Assembly (NCBI GenBank): GCA_028534125.1
Contig: CM052816.1
Span: 82,214,001-82,278,000, forward strand
Length of the DNA: 64,000 bases
Direction: 5' to 3'
Source of the DNA: Lama glama
Lineage: Eukaryota
Shown: positions 12,596 to 26,135 of the stretch, one piece after another
Layout: each line of letters starts with the position of its first letter
How positions within the stretch are numbered: the first letter of the stretch is position 1
The notes under the pieces: generated by a model
Database searches by the model: none
The model's input: only the letters and a program-made list of their open reading frames with translations
Told to the model about the DNA's origin: nothing
Program-made: the position numbers and the translations under genes

Positions 12596-14349
12596 AGTAT
12601 GCTTTATTTTCCGTAGGCTGGTATTAGGAATAAATGGGAGAAAGAATACATAAATATATATGTATACATACATAGGGATGCCATCTGTTATAGGATTGAA
12701 CCCTGGTAAATCTCACTTTCCCTATTGTATTTTTAGGGATAGAAAGTGTGTACAGTTTAAGACTAAAATTCCAAATATTTGTCATCACTGTTTCAAATTA
12801 ACAATGGAATCAAAATCTCATTGGAATATTTTATTTCAATGTTCTTGCTTAGAATTATGACTCCCTTATTTCTTTTTTATCCTCTTGGCCATTTGTAACT
12901 GAACTATTCACTCTTCTTTTATGGAAAGCATTAGTTAATGCTTTCAATTACAGTATCATGATTCTTACAAAGTTGTCACAATATTTGTGTAACAAAGTCA
13001 TCATGCTGTGGGGTAGAGAGAACCTATTGCAGAGGGCTTTGTGAATAGCTTAAAGCAAGAATGGCAAGTTTTCAGAAATTGAAGTTTACGTATTAAAAAA
13101 TAAATTCAGGGGATTTATTCTCAGCTATTGTTTATTCATTCAACTAAGTATTTTTAAGTCTATGATAATCAGAGCATGGGCTGGGTTGCAGAGTGCTCTA
13201 GAGGATGTGCATCATGCTGCTAAGACTTAGAATGCTTGGCACACATAGGTTGTAAAGTTTTGGAGACCATTGGCTGTTTTTCAGACATCTTTGTATTGTC
13301 CATGCTGCCAAGTCTAGATACTTTTACACAATAAGCCCTCAATAAGTACTTGTCAAATGTGGTAGAACACACAACACTCAAAAATACACACTCTGACAAA
13401 TACGTTTAAATAGGACTGATATTTGGCAAAAGAATATGTGATTTTTTTTGCCTCTATTGAATTTTTAACTGGTATTGGATGACTCTGTGTCCTAGTGTTT
13501 TTCGCACATTTCTCTGTTAATTAGGTTGCCCGAAACCGTCTGAGGAGTGTCATCTGCCCAGCTTAGTAGAATGCTCAGTCACTTCATGACACTGTCATAT
13601 CTCATGGTTCACAGGTGATAGTGTTTGGTGACTTTCTTTGTGGTTTTACTTCCCTGAGAGGCCTGATGAAGCCACATCATTCAGCAGGGATTTGCAACGC
13701 TGTCATGTCTTGTGAGTGCACACTGAGACCTTGAGCGAGTGCTCTTTAACTTCCAAATGATTTCTTCGAGACATTTCTAGGATTCTGACAAGTAGTCTAA
13801 CACACTGCTTTTTTTTCCTTCTCTTATATGGTAATGCATTTGAGTATCTAGGATAAAACCATTTTCTCTCTCTGATAGAGATAGTATTTAATTTCCTTTT
13901 AAACATTTAAGTCTAATATTTTCACTTACTTTGCTATTATTTTTCAAAGTGCATTTCAATCAGTGTTGACATATGAATTGCTGTATTATTCCCTATGAGA
14001 CATGCACAATAAAACTGAGAAACTTCAAATCACACCTCCCTCAATCATTATAAAATTAACATAAAACATGAATTTAAACTGTTTTAGCGTGCTATGTAAA
14101 TGTAAATGTTATTACTGTTACCATTGACGACTATTTTAAACCTCTACCACTGCTGAAAAATCTCATTATAATAAAAAATAGTTTTTTAATGGAAAGCAAT
14201 ATGTCTTTTAAAATACACAGGCTTGGATTTAAAATGGAAAAACGAGTGGCCTTTTATAGATTTGTAAACTTGATTTATGTTATTTTGAATAAACCTGTTG
14301 TAGGTATTGGCTGACTTCGCTGTCTCCTGTGGATGCTCTTGCTTCTCTA

Positions 14350-14715
14350 TGATATTAGGGTGCACTAAGTTAGGTTGTGTTAAAAAAGAATCCTAAGATC
14401 ACAGCAGATTAACACCACACAAATTTACTTCTCACTCAGGCTACGTATGTTGTGGGTTGACAGGGAAGGCACTGTTCATCGTCGTCACTCGGGAGTCACA
14501 GCCTATGAAGGTTCCATCTGGAGATGAACTTCCCAGGGGAAAGAGGATGTGGATCTTAAAACTTCTCCTGAGAAGTGACATTTCCGTTGTGCTCATCTTT
14601 CATTGGCCAGAGCAAGGCTTATTACAGGACAAACTTCAGCCAGATGGGCCAGAAGAACAACCCTCCCACAGGGCTGGAAGGAGGATTGGAGTCTCTGTGA
14701 ATAGCCCAAAAGCCC
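14350..14715 (-). mobile_element. MaLR LTR (MLT1J/L-like)
   Basis: AAATTTACTTCTCACTCA...GAAGTGACATTTC...TTTCATTGGCCAGAGCAAG matches antisense old MLT1. Confidence 0.7.
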
Positions 14716-17700
14716 ATCAGCACTGGCAGTGATTAACGTGAAGTACAATTGGAAAGGCGAGTTAGGGGCCATTTCCTGAAGCTGTGTTTGCAAAACACAC
14801 AGACTATTTTTACTTTTCTGTGGGTTTTTTTTTTTCCCCAGTTGGGGGTATTGATGGAGGATTTTAAGAGATTTTAACTTTACTGGTTATAAGTTACCCT
14901 TTTGTTCCACCTGTATGTTTCTTCAGGAAGCCTAAATAATGCAGAACTCTGTTTGCAGGGCAATGCATGAATTATTGCATATGGAATAGTGAGATCTCTG
15001 TACACAGAACTCCCTTACGTGAACTGTTTGCTTTACTTACATGTGTGAAATTTAAGATGATCAAAAGATAATTTTTTTGAACATCAGCATCTATTGCTTT
15101 TATTGTCTGTGATAGAATGATACAGTATAATACTAGCCCAGTTATAATAAATGAAATACAGCCCCCTTTCAGATGTGCTCTCTTGGCTTCTTTTGAAAAT
15201 AAATACGCTTAGTCACTTCTGAACTGAGTGCACATTTATAAAATTGTAACAATAAAATATAAAAATCACATCATCTTAAGTGTGTTTAATAATCATTTGA
15301 TATATTTGTATTTTTCCATTGGTGTCAGTCAATTCACTGACAGATTTCAAAAATTTTTTAAAAAGAAAAGAAAAATGGAAACCATAATACTGTCATGGCT
15401 GCAATTAAGAGAGTGTTTTTTGGGGGAAGGGATTAGAATGTCCCTGGGTGATAGGTAGGTTTTATTGTACTGAGTACACATAAAAAAGGCTATTTTCAAA
15501 ATCAGTTTAGGGAAATTAAGCCAAAATAAAATAATTTTCATTTAGTCTGAATGAAAAAAGTGAATGTGTGCTTTTTTTGAGCAAAAGTTTAGCATTAAAG
15601 TGACTAATATGCCAAGTGGAAAGTAATGCCCTTAATGGAAGTATAATGAGTAGTGAGGTCAAGAAATGGATGTACTCTAAATTATTTTCTTAATAAAGAA
15701 CAGACTTTTATTCTCCAATTTCTTTTAATTTCAACAATACAGATTTTTAAATGGTAGACCAAGGGCACTAGACTAGGTTTCTGTTTTATAAAATGTCATC
15801 AACAATCTTCAAAAAAGTTTGTAATATGACTGTCTCATAAATGCTGCCTTTGTTTATCGGGGACTTTGAAGCTCGGGAGGTGTTCTGTTTTGTTGTTGTA
15901 TTCCCTCCTCTGTTTGTTTATTACCACTCTATTAAGGCTTGTTTCTGGCAGAAGCAGACATTCTCCTGGCTGCCCAGAGCTCCACCTGCACATGCTCCAT
16001 TCAAGGAGACGATCACTGGGACCAGTGGGCTCCTACAGAGATGTGTCTCTGCTCACAACAAGAGAGGAAATAGGAAATGACTTGGGGCGAGTTGTGCTAA
16101 GCTGGAAGAATGAATTTGACACGCTTCTAAATAGAATCGGGAAGCATTACAGTCAGAGAAGAAGGAGAAAGGGTATAAGAAAGGTTGCTTGCCATTCCCA
16201 CCTGGGGACTGTTTATGGCTGTATAGTACCTCTTGGCGGCTTCAGGTTCTTTTCAAAAAGTCATGTTAACCAGACAGAGGCATCACCACTGAATAGATAT
16301 TTTCATTATTTCCATTAGTTCTATCTTTTCAGTTAAATTTTTTATATGTCTAATTATGAAAGAAGGCTAGTATACTGGAAATCAAAATTAGTGAGCTTAA
16401 CTGAAGGAAGCATTTCCCATTTGAACATTTGGAAACTAAAACTGTAACAACAGCTCTGACTTCAGAGGCACTGTCCTTTGTAACATGCGGTACAGACTTG
16501 GGCAGCTCCAGCAGACCTCAGGTCTGTGAAAACAGGAATTGCTACAATGGAGTTGTAAGCTTTATTTCTTATATCGTATCATTATTTTGTCATGACATTG
16601 GAAGGGAAGCTAGAAAAGCAAATTTTATTTCTCAGAAAAAAGTAAATCTCTGAACAATAGCTTCTGCTGGTCTTCATGTTACTCTAGTATATTTGATCAT
16701 TTTATACCTTTTCTGACAAAATGAGTTAAGAGTTTGAAAGTCTAAAACTTAGTGCCAACTACACATTGTTTTGTTTGATGAGCTCTTGGTTTTTGTTTAT
16801 TTTAAACTTTATTTGGTAAGGATAGTTAGGAAATTACTTTGTAAGCCTCTTTGGATATTTATTTTTATTGATTCTGAGTGCCAGAAATTCAAAAAACAGG
16901 ATGAAACGCTTACTCTTAGGAAGGTGTAGAGTCTATGCTAAAATAAAGATGTAGACTAAACAACAACACAGCCAAGAAAAACAGAATATGAGATGAAGGA
17001 AACAGACAAACAAAAGCTCCACGTCTCAGGACAAAGTGCCATTAGTGTTTACGCTGGTGGATTAGGGTATGTAAGTGGGAAAGTTTTATAGGGTCTCTCT
17101 TTCCATCTTTTCTCTGCCTCCTCTACCCTTTCCCCTTCTTTTTTGTCTGTAATGATAATTGCTAGAAATTCATACAGAAAAGAAAATTCAGAAACAAAAC
17201 CTAAATGAATATCAGTTACCTTTTAATAATATTTTTGAACACAGTAAGGCATCAAGAGAATATTCTCATGGGGAGCCCTTGCTCTATGACTCTGTTTTTC
17301 TGGGAGTATAATTAGCACCTGTGTCATAGCCCTTTATTAAGCTTACATTTTATTCTCTATACTTACAATATTTTAGAAGGCAGGCTGACCACTGTACATT
17401 TGTTGCTTTGGCATAAGTTCTAATTACAATTTAGAAATTTTAATAATTTCTAAGCAAAATTACCACATTTCTATTATTGGACATTGTTTTTTTTTTAATC
17501 CTGTTTCGACCACAGTCAAGCTTTCAAAGGGATGAATAAAGCAGCACTGAATTGCACCATGTACATTTTTTCAGCTCCTTTTACAGTTTATTTGTCCTTA
17601 AGAGGCTTTAAAAGTTTTTGTTTCCACATCTCAGGTTGAAAAATAATATCTAGTATTTACGCATGTCTATATTTGCTCTCTTTAATTGTCAGCCAGGTTT

Positions 17701-18416
17701 AACACACAAGATAACAGACATTTGCGTGGTCATGTTTCTCAGAGAGTAGAATGCATTATTTTCCTTAGGTGATAACCCAGTGAGTGATGCAGAACTCCAA
17801 ATACAATGCTTGACCGCACAGCAAGTTTCAGCACCATCGCTCTTGAAAACCTTTTTGGTCAAGTGCAGAACTTTTTAAAGATTAAAGCAGATTTGTGGTA
17901 TCAAAAGGTATTTTGATGGTCAGCCAAAATTCCACAAGGATAGAATTATGCACTATACACTTCATCCTCCTTTCCAGTGATTTTAAGGTATGATTTTTAG
18001 AGGTAGATTAAATATAGATTCCCTTTGTATTTGCAATCCATATTCCAAATTACTACACTAGATTTACTATGCACTTTTGCTTGAACTCCAGGGATCTGAA
18101 GGCTATCTTGGTCAAATGACTTTCAAAAGAGCTCTGGTTATTAACATGCTTAATGTTGTAAGCCAGATGAAATAAGGAAGCTAGCAGAAAAGCCCAGCTT
18201 TCTTTGGAGAGAGTGTACTATATCTTGCTGTAATTTGCTCTTTGGAGTCTTTGCATGCTACTGGTGATATTGATAAGACAAAGTTACAAAAAAGGTCTTT
18301 CTACTGTTTCTCCAAGTCAGACTTTCTGCTTTATACCAAATTCCATAAATTTAGATTTCTTTAAATGCATATGTAGTCTTAAATTCACAAAAATATTATG
18401 TTTTAGTTTATGTGAA

Positions 18417-18746
18417 AAGTTTACAATCTCCCATCCAAAACTCTTGGGTCCAAAAATGCTTAAGAGCTTAGATTCCCAGCCACCCCTCAGCTTTAGAAAG
18501 GTAATATTGTGCACATACTATATTATTATGTAATACATTCAGCAAAATCTGGGGCAAACCCCCATGATCAAACAAATTAATGCTTTCCTAGCAAACATTT
18601 GAATGTTCACAGTCAGTAAGATAAATAGTGACCATCAATAGCTGGTCTTCAGTTCAGGTCAGATCATTTTCACCAAAAATATAAAAACCCTGAAGTTTTT
18701 CCTAGCTTTTGGATTTTGGAATTTCAGATAAGGGATTATAGGTCTG
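18417..18746. mobile_element. Tigger-family MITE (Tigger16-like)
   Basis: Imperfect TIRs TTTACAATCTCCCATCCAAAA and ATTTCAGATAAGGGATTATAGGTCTG followed by TA; internal TTTAGAAAGGTAATA and CAGTTCAGGTCAG. Confidence 0.7.
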
Positions 18747-19049
18747 TACCTATTTTGTTTTTCTGGTATAACTTGGTAAACTTTATGAAGCATTTAGATA
18801 TTTATCAATAAAGAGAAGCATTATAAAATTGTTTTAAAACATTAAGTTAAATTCTTATCTTTAAAGTATTTGGGAACTTGTTATCCTAGTGTTATTTATA
18901 TAAAGATTGTAATGTATTACTGATAAATAGTTATACAGACACTAGCATCAGTATTTGCTTCATAGTTATAAAAATGAGATTAAATTGCATTTTAAATTTT
19001 GAAAAATTTTCTTTAGAAACATTAATTATGTTGTACTTGAGATACACAT

Positions 19050-19200
19050 AATCACATCCCTCCTCCAGCTCTCTTGATCCTGTCCCCTCTCCTGCTCCAG
19101 GAATTTTCCTTCTGTAAAGTTTCTTTCTGTTTCTTCTTTGAATCATTTTGGATCATTTTCCCTCTTGATCATTCACATCAGCCTATGAGCTTATTTTAGA
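19050..19200 (+). mobile_element. LINE-2 fragment (5' piece of the interrupted L2)
   Basis: Pyrimidine-rich CCCTCCTCCAGCTCTCTTGATCCTGTCCCCTCT...GATCATTCACATCAGC typical of the L2 ORF2 region. Confidence 0.5.
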
Positions 19201-19224
19201 TTATTCTGTGTTAAAAAAAAATCT

Positions 19225-20465
19225 ACAGTAAGATTTAAATTTGCAATTTCAGCTGAGCACCACAGTAAAATAGATGCTGCAGTCCAGAGTAGGTGCTAAA
19301 CCATATGCAGAATTTCCAAAGGAGTATCAGTAAACTGGTTACATGACCCTTCAAATCTACGCTCATATTGTAAGTATAAAAAGCAGAATTTGGAGATTTC
19401 TTTGAACTGAGTAGCCCGTGTGAGATGAGTCTTCTTTCCTCCACGACCTCTCATCTCAGGTGTGTCAGAAGCCCTTCAAAGAGACACTTAGAGAGCAGGA
19501 TGATGTCTTGATGAACCCAGGTGTGCAACTGCATATTGAAAAAACTTAACAGGCAGAGATGGAGTAGTTCAGAAAACCAAAGTGAATAAAAATTGCTGCT
19601 GCTTAAGGTCTAACTATATGCTCAGGATCAGTTTGGAGAAAAAAATGCCGCAGTGTTTCTGGTGGGTTTGTTGAGGGTAATAAGTGAGAAAAGGCTGCTC
19701 TGGGATCACTGTTGATTTGACCTAATACGATAATCTTTAGAGGATTGAAAAGCCCTCAGTAGAGAAGAGGCTGGAGATGGCCTGAGGAGAGTTGAAGGAA
19801 CTGTTAGAATAGAGAACATTCATCTGGTTAGGGAAATGCAGGCGAGAGGTGACAAGTGTTTGTGGGGTCACCAAGGTACCTGTGAAAAAGTTGCACAGGG
19901 GAGTCAACTTTAAACATTCACCAAACCAAAGAGCACAAAGCCAGCTTACAACAGCGCCAGTCATGTAAAACTTTCCTGTGTTCCTTATCTTCCTTACTTT
20001 GTGCCTCCTCCCTCCTTTCCTCTAAACCCAGGAAGGATGAGAAAGAGCAGCCAGCCATGGGTGAAAAAATGAGTGACAGAGAGAATGAACTCAATTTCTC
20101 AACATTTCTTACATCATCCAGGGAATTTACAGACTGTTAATTCTATGGGCATTGTTGCATTTAAGATTAGACCTCTATCTATAAATTTTCCAGAAATCCA
20201 TAATTTATATGTCTTTGAATGAGTCTGGAGGCTTTGACTCTTATATGGTACTGGAAATTCTAATTACCAAACTGAAATCATGTTTAGTGACTTAAGGTAG
20301 GAGGTGGGAACCCCTTGGAGTTATTAGAAAAGTTGTGGGATTATCTAAATGTTCACCCAGGGAAATGAGAAGAAAGTAATCACTGAACAGAATTTAAAAG
20401 AAGACTGAGAGGTAAAAATAATTTGATCATGATTACCTCTCTTGTGTCTTTTTTTGGCCAATTTA
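19225..20465 (+). mobile_element. Ancient Gypsy-type LTR (MamGypLTR/LTR85-like)
   Basis: 3' portion ATTCTAATTACCAAACTGAAA...AGAAAAGTTGTGGGA...CACTGAACAGAATTTAAAAG...GAGAGGTAAAAATAA...ATGATTAC resembles recalled mammalian Gypsy LTR 3' ends; 5' boundary uncertain. Confidence 0.45.
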
Positions 20466-20479
20466 GTGGTCTCAAATTT

Positions 20480-21697
20480 TATCCCTTACTTCTCTGTTTC
20501 TTTCCAGTAGGTGCCCAGTTTTTGTGCTTCTTCATTGAACAGTTTCCTCTGCTTCCTCATTACCTAAACTTGCTGTTGCTTCTTTTCCTTCTACGCCCCT
20601 CGTTCATAATCCAGTCCACTCAAAACTGTGGTCATCCTGTCACTCCAGGAAACTAGTCTCAAGTATCACCAATGACCTTGTAGTTACCAAATCTAACATA
20701 TACTTCTCTGTTACTGAACCTCTCAGCAGTATCTGACCCAGCTGATTACTCTTCTTGAAAATACTTTCCTGTCTTGGTTTGTGACACACATTAACCTTAT
20801 TTTCATCCTCTCCTGTGACATTTTCTTTTCAGGCTCCTTATTTACACCTCTCCTCCCTACTTCCACATTGAAGTGGCCCAGGGCTAGGTTACGGGTTCTG
20901 ACTCCTTTCTGTACATCAGGTGCCTGCATTTGGGTCCATTGCTTTGTGTCATCTATAGGCTGATGACATTGAAGTTTAAATCACCAGCCCTGACCCCTCC
21001 CCTGAGGTATGTATTGTGTATTTAACTGTCTCCTTGACCATATTGTTATTGTTTGGATGTCAGATGGATGCCTCAAAGTTAACATGTCCATCAGGTAGTT
21101 TTCCCTCAAATCTATTTTCCGTATCTTGTCCATCTCAGTATATAATACCATCATTCACTCACTATCTTGAACCAAAAATCTAGGACTTGTTACTGCTCCC
21201 TTTCCCTTATATCCCACATCCAAGCCATACACATCATGTCCTAACAGTTTTGTCTTTGATATTCACTGTGAGTAGAGAATCTATCTCTACTGCAACAATC
21301 CAGGTGAGAGATTATGTTTTCATACCATTCTCACAGACGTGTGAAAAACAGGTGGCTGGGGACAAGAATGGAAAGTTCCCATTACACTGAACACTACCTC
21401 ATACATCACCACAAAGTACACTCCCTTTGGCTTACTGTGTTCTAGGTCAGCTTGCCTTCTCTTGTTCTTGATGCATGCCAGACTCCTTCCTCACTCAAGA
21501 CCTTTGCATTTGTTGGTCCTCCCATCTAGACATTTTCTTGTTTGTATATTGGTTTAGTTATTTCTCTTTTCTTGCTCCCTTCAACCAGGATATAACTTAA
21601 CGGACACCCTCTTTCCTGTTCAACCCTGTATTCCCAACATCTATAGAAGACGAATACAGCAATTACCTGTAAATATTAGTTGACTGAATGAAAGAAT
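20480..21697 (+). mobile_element. LINE-2, RT region through 3' tail
   Basis: TCACCAATGACCT, CTCTCAGCAGTATCTGAC, degenerate YADD codons (TATAGGCTGATGAC near 20955-20968), tail AAATATTAGTTGACTGAATGAA. Confidence 0.85.
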
Positions 21698-22759
21698 TAA
21701 AGTATTTAGGGCTTACAATTTAAATAGAGAAAAAAATTCATGCTGTGATAGAGGGAGCACTGAGAGTCTCAGTGACCACTCCTGGGTCCTGACTCAGCCA
21801 CTTTGGCAAACTCAACTAAAAAAACTTTTCCATGTGTTTTTTCCTTACTCCCAAACATGCAGCTTCTTGTGTCCATTAAACAAAAACAAATGACAGCTCA
21901 CAGAAATAAAAATGTAGGACATATATTTCCACATTGAGTTTAATACTGCAAAAAAACACATAATTTCAAGCAAATGGTCTCTCCTCAGTAACAGTGCCCT
22001 TTTGATAAAATTTTACACCACAGGAAATCCATTACAATAAATATCTGTTCCAGTATCTGTCCATTTAGCAATAATTCTCAGTATGCTCAGTTCTTCTTCC
22101 CTGATGAATTGTCCTGGGGACCCTCCTCTCCTTCCCTCTGAGATTTCCAGACTTTAAACTCTGCCTCTAGTACTTGCTTGTTGTCATGGTAGCTTTGCTA
22201 ATTTTGCTTATATTTTTTTCCCATATTTTCCCACAACCTTTGAAAAGACCAAGCTAAATATGTGCCAAAGGCTATTTCTGACTTAATGTTGTAGGCATGA
22301 AAATATTTCTTTTCTTAGCTTCTTGAAAAATGTTAAATGGTTGTCTCAGCGTCATTGATTGAGACTATTTGTTTATTCCCAGGGCTGAAAGTTAAGGCCA
22401 TTCTGTTTTGATAGAACTATTTATTTAAAACAAGCTTGAAATCAAAGACATCTCATACAGTATGCAGGGAATGCTGTTTAACCCAAGTAATCCCAAAGTA
22501 AATAATTTATTGGATTTCTCAGTAGGTTGAGAAATGAAGGTAGAATTTGGGTATGTTTGGTTTGCCTTTTTCTTTTTAATTACTCACTAAATAAGTGTAT
22601 GTGCTCTACGAGTTTAAAAGAAAACAAAGTATTATTGAAAAGAAGGTATCCCAGTAGTGACCTTATGTGGTCCCAAGAAAGAACAGGTCCCATCCATACC
22701 CTGGTAGCAGAGGCAGCCCTGCTATCCATGGTTGCATGGTGTCAGTCACATTCACATCT

Positions 22760-22882
22760 AACACCTAGCTTTGTCAAAAAACTGCTCTGTGGCTGTAGGA
22801 GAACCATTTAAACTCTCTGGGCTTGTTTCTTGATCTCTAAAACAAGAAAAAAAATCTCTCAGGTCCCTTCCAGTTCTAAAAT
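22760..22882 (+). mobile_element. MIR3-like SINE fragment
   Basis: CCATTTAAACTCTCTGGGC...TCTCTCAGGTCCCTTCCAGTTCTAAAAT matches the MIR3 3' end. Confidence 0.7.
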
Positions 22883-23669
22883 GGAGCCATTCTCTTCTAG
22901 ACCAATCAAAAATTATTATAGGAGGGAGGCAAAATACAAGACAGTTTAGCAAGGACCAAGAGACCATACTGTGGACCTCTCTGTAACTCAAGACACGGAT
23001 GGCTCCTCCCATCTGTTTTATAGCAAAACACTTGCTTCCTTTCAAGCTGATAAAATATCATTTTGTTTCATTGTGTTTTCTTTTATGGGAAACATGCCGC
23101 AGATGTTGTACCAAAGTTGTTTTACTCTTGTGGATAAAAGAATACAATGCAGATTTTGTTCCTTATTCTTGCCTTTTCAATGAGTTTTTGGAGTGCTAAT
23201 TTTTTGTTGTCAATGAAAATACATCTCCACAAGCTCAGCTGCTCATGAACCCATGTTGGCTGCACGTCCTGCTTCCTTGGTGGTCAAGGTCAAGTTCCTG
23301 TTGTTAAGCCCTGAGAAACTGTGCTTATTCATTGTTTTACTCTTTGTGAGGAGAATCCTGATCATTTACTCTTTCTGGTAAAAGGAAGGAAATAGGGTAA
23401 CCAGTGGAAAATATTTAAGTAGACTATAAGAAGAAACTGATTGACCATGGGCAATAGAATGCTGGCAAGACGTGCTAGGAGTTGTTAGATGGACAATTGG
23501 TGACCTGTTGTTTAGGAGGATTTAAATATCTGATTGGGTCAATATAGAGAACTCAATTAGATGGAGTGCACACAGTCACAGTTACTGGTCTACCAACTCC
23601 CAGCATACAGTACTTCAATCAGGCAACCCTTGGAAACATGAAGAAGATTCTAGTCTAGGCCAAATTAAA

Positions 23670-23955
23670 TATAACAGATTTATAGAGCTCATTATATAAA
23701 AAGTAGTACCTGATTAAAAGATCTTCAGATGAGTTTAAATGAATTTATGGGTGAAGAGGCATTACATATTAATAAAGGGAACCACGGACATTTGAATTAG
23801 ATACCTGCTATGAGAAACATTCCTGCTTATAGCCTCAAATATTTTGAAATTGACAACATGCACGAAATGTACCTTGTTGCCTCTCTCAGAGAAAGCGTAT
23901 CAGAGTAACTGGCTCATTAATTTGACCTATTATGGCATTTCTTGTGTTCTTACAT
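23670..23955 (+). mobile_element. Ancient CR1/L3-family LINE 3' end
   Basis: GAGTTTAAATGAATTTATGGGTGA and terminal TTTGACCTATTATGGCATTTCTTGTGTTCTTA resemble the CR1/L3b-type 3' terminus. Confidence 0.5.
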
Positions 23956-26115
23956 TCCTATGACCTCCTTGAAGGCTCATTTGGCCTTGAAGCACCACAA
24001 GGTGAAAAAAAAAATCTAAAAATTAATCAAGAAGTTACCAGAGTGCTTTTACACAGGCTTAGCAAATTGTCAGCTTATCCTTGAAAGAACAACCTCCACC
24101 AGAATATTTTTCCCTATGACAGTGGCAGAGGGGCAGAGAAGAGGATTGTGAAATTGCTGCCAGAAACTGGGTTTCCTCCCTCATTCATTGTCTCTCTTTC
24201 AGTCAGGCACAAAAAAATCTTGAGTTCAAATATTTAGATATCTCACATGAAGTAATACAGATCTGCTCATTCCTTAGAGTTTCAAGGTAAAGCCTGAATA
24301 ACTGGACACAGTGAGCAAGTGTCTCTCACCACTTGTAAGAAAATCAAACTGATTCAGCCTAAGGTAAACAAATCCACATGAAACAATTAAGAAAGTGCAA
24401 AATGCATTTTTATTTCAAAATATTGTAATAATCTAAAGCTGTGCTCTCTTGAATGCAAATAATCTAATGCGAGTAATTAGCTACCTAAGTGTGATTACTT
24501 TGATTTATGTCTAAGATGCAAAACACTTGATGGGCAAATAAGATGGGACAGCAGTAAGCTGCAAATAGATCTGTCTTAATTAAAAAAAAAAACCAGCATA
24601 CAGACTTTTTCCAGAAGGTAGACACTTGCTCCTGAAGTGGTTGATTCTATCACCTAGTTGTTATGTCTGAAAAATTAACGCTTGTTCTGCAACTATAAAC
24701 CAGCCTGTAAGTGAAAGCAGCTCTGCCAACATTGTTTGAGTCATCAGAAGAGTCAACCAGTTGTTCTCCTGTCCTTTCTGCGTGGCTGAATTTCTGTAAT
24801 GACCAATTCATTGTGTGTCTTCAAGCATGACACCTGAAAAGCTGTGATCTTTTTAATGAAGGATCCATTAGTCTTTCAAGAATGTGAACATGTGAAGCTG
24901 AAAAACCTATTCAAGAAAATATCTCCTTGAAAGAACTCTAATCATGATGGGGAAGTACATTTACACAAAATATAACTTCTTCATGCATGTTTAACTGAGC
25001 AGAATGGTTTTTGGAGTCACATTAGCTGACCCTGAGAAGAACATGGGCTCAGTTTACTAACTACTTCCTGTCTTCATAAAATTGCTAAAATGCCACTTTT
25101 CTCTTCAACCCACGTTTATATATAGCAGAGCATTCTTTCTTAGAACATAAGCCATTGTGCAATCCTCTTTCTGCGTTCTTTGAACCTTGGCAGTACACTA
25201 TCTCCAGGATTCTACAATCACAGTCACCCTCCCTGCTGTTGTGTGCAATGTACTGATTTATACAAATCTTTCTGGTGCCGTTGGAGGTGACTGCCAGGAG
25301 ACAAAGCCCAAGAATGACCCTGAGTTTTACCTCTTTGTACATTCACTTCTGCATTTCATCTTTGTAGTTCTAAACCTATTCAAAGTTCTTTCTGTTTGAG
25401 TTTCTAAAATTTAGCATACCCTCTGCTGAATCAAGAGAGGAAAAAGATGTAATTATAATACATGAACAGCTCTTGCTCTGCACATTAACACAGTAATAGG
25501 AAGTAGGAGTTTTTCAATACAAAATGTAGGCTTTTGCTTTTATTTCACATATTTAAAATAATGCATTATATCAGGAATTAATTTTAAGGAAGTCAAGTGT
25601 GATTCATCACCATTAAGTCGCTTTTACCAAAACAATAACTGGATATACTTTCTATATCATAGGAGGAAAAATAAAGTATATTTCATTTTAACACAGAAGT
25701 ATAATTTTGTCCCCCAGTATAATTGGATTAGTGATATAGTAAGGTATCTCATAATAGGGTTTTATTGTATTTTCCCCTGAAGTTGCATAGTAAGTATCAG
25801 CTTCCATAAAGGCACTTACCTACAAAGTCATCTGACTCGTTTCTCTGTGGTGTAATCCATAGTTTCCACGGAATATTTCGTTCACTTGGAACAATGCTAG
25901 TCTAGTATGAATTTTTATAGAATTAAAATTTTGAATACTGATTATTTGAAAAGAATTGGAGTTACTAAAGAGTTTGGTAAGCAAAGAGTTGGTCTTTAAC
26001 CCAGTTTTTCCCAGTCAGGAAGGGTTGAAACTAATGGTTTTGATTACATGTCAGGTGAAACTACTATAAATGCTGTTATATCTGGGGTCTTGCTTGAGCA
26101 GAACCCCTTGGATGC

Positions 26116-26135
26116 AGACATGTCTGGGCATGTCT
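26116..26135. promoter_or_regulatory. Perfect p53-family response element
   Basis: AGACATGTCT GGGCATGTCT: 20/20 match to 2x RRRCWWGYYY, no spacer, both cores CATG. Motif is certain; function is inferred. Confidence 0.75.

Noticed and set aside
13658..13731. C/D-box snoRNA-like arrangement (TGATGA ... CTGA)
   Set aside because: The terminal stem is weak, there are no convincing C'/D' boxes, and I recognise no rRNA/snRNA-complementary guide; expected by chance.
24278..24286. Possible 9-nt microexon (TTAG|AGTTTCAAG|GTAAAG)
   Set aside because: The polypyrimidine tract is poor and there is no host-gene context; the pattern is common by chance.
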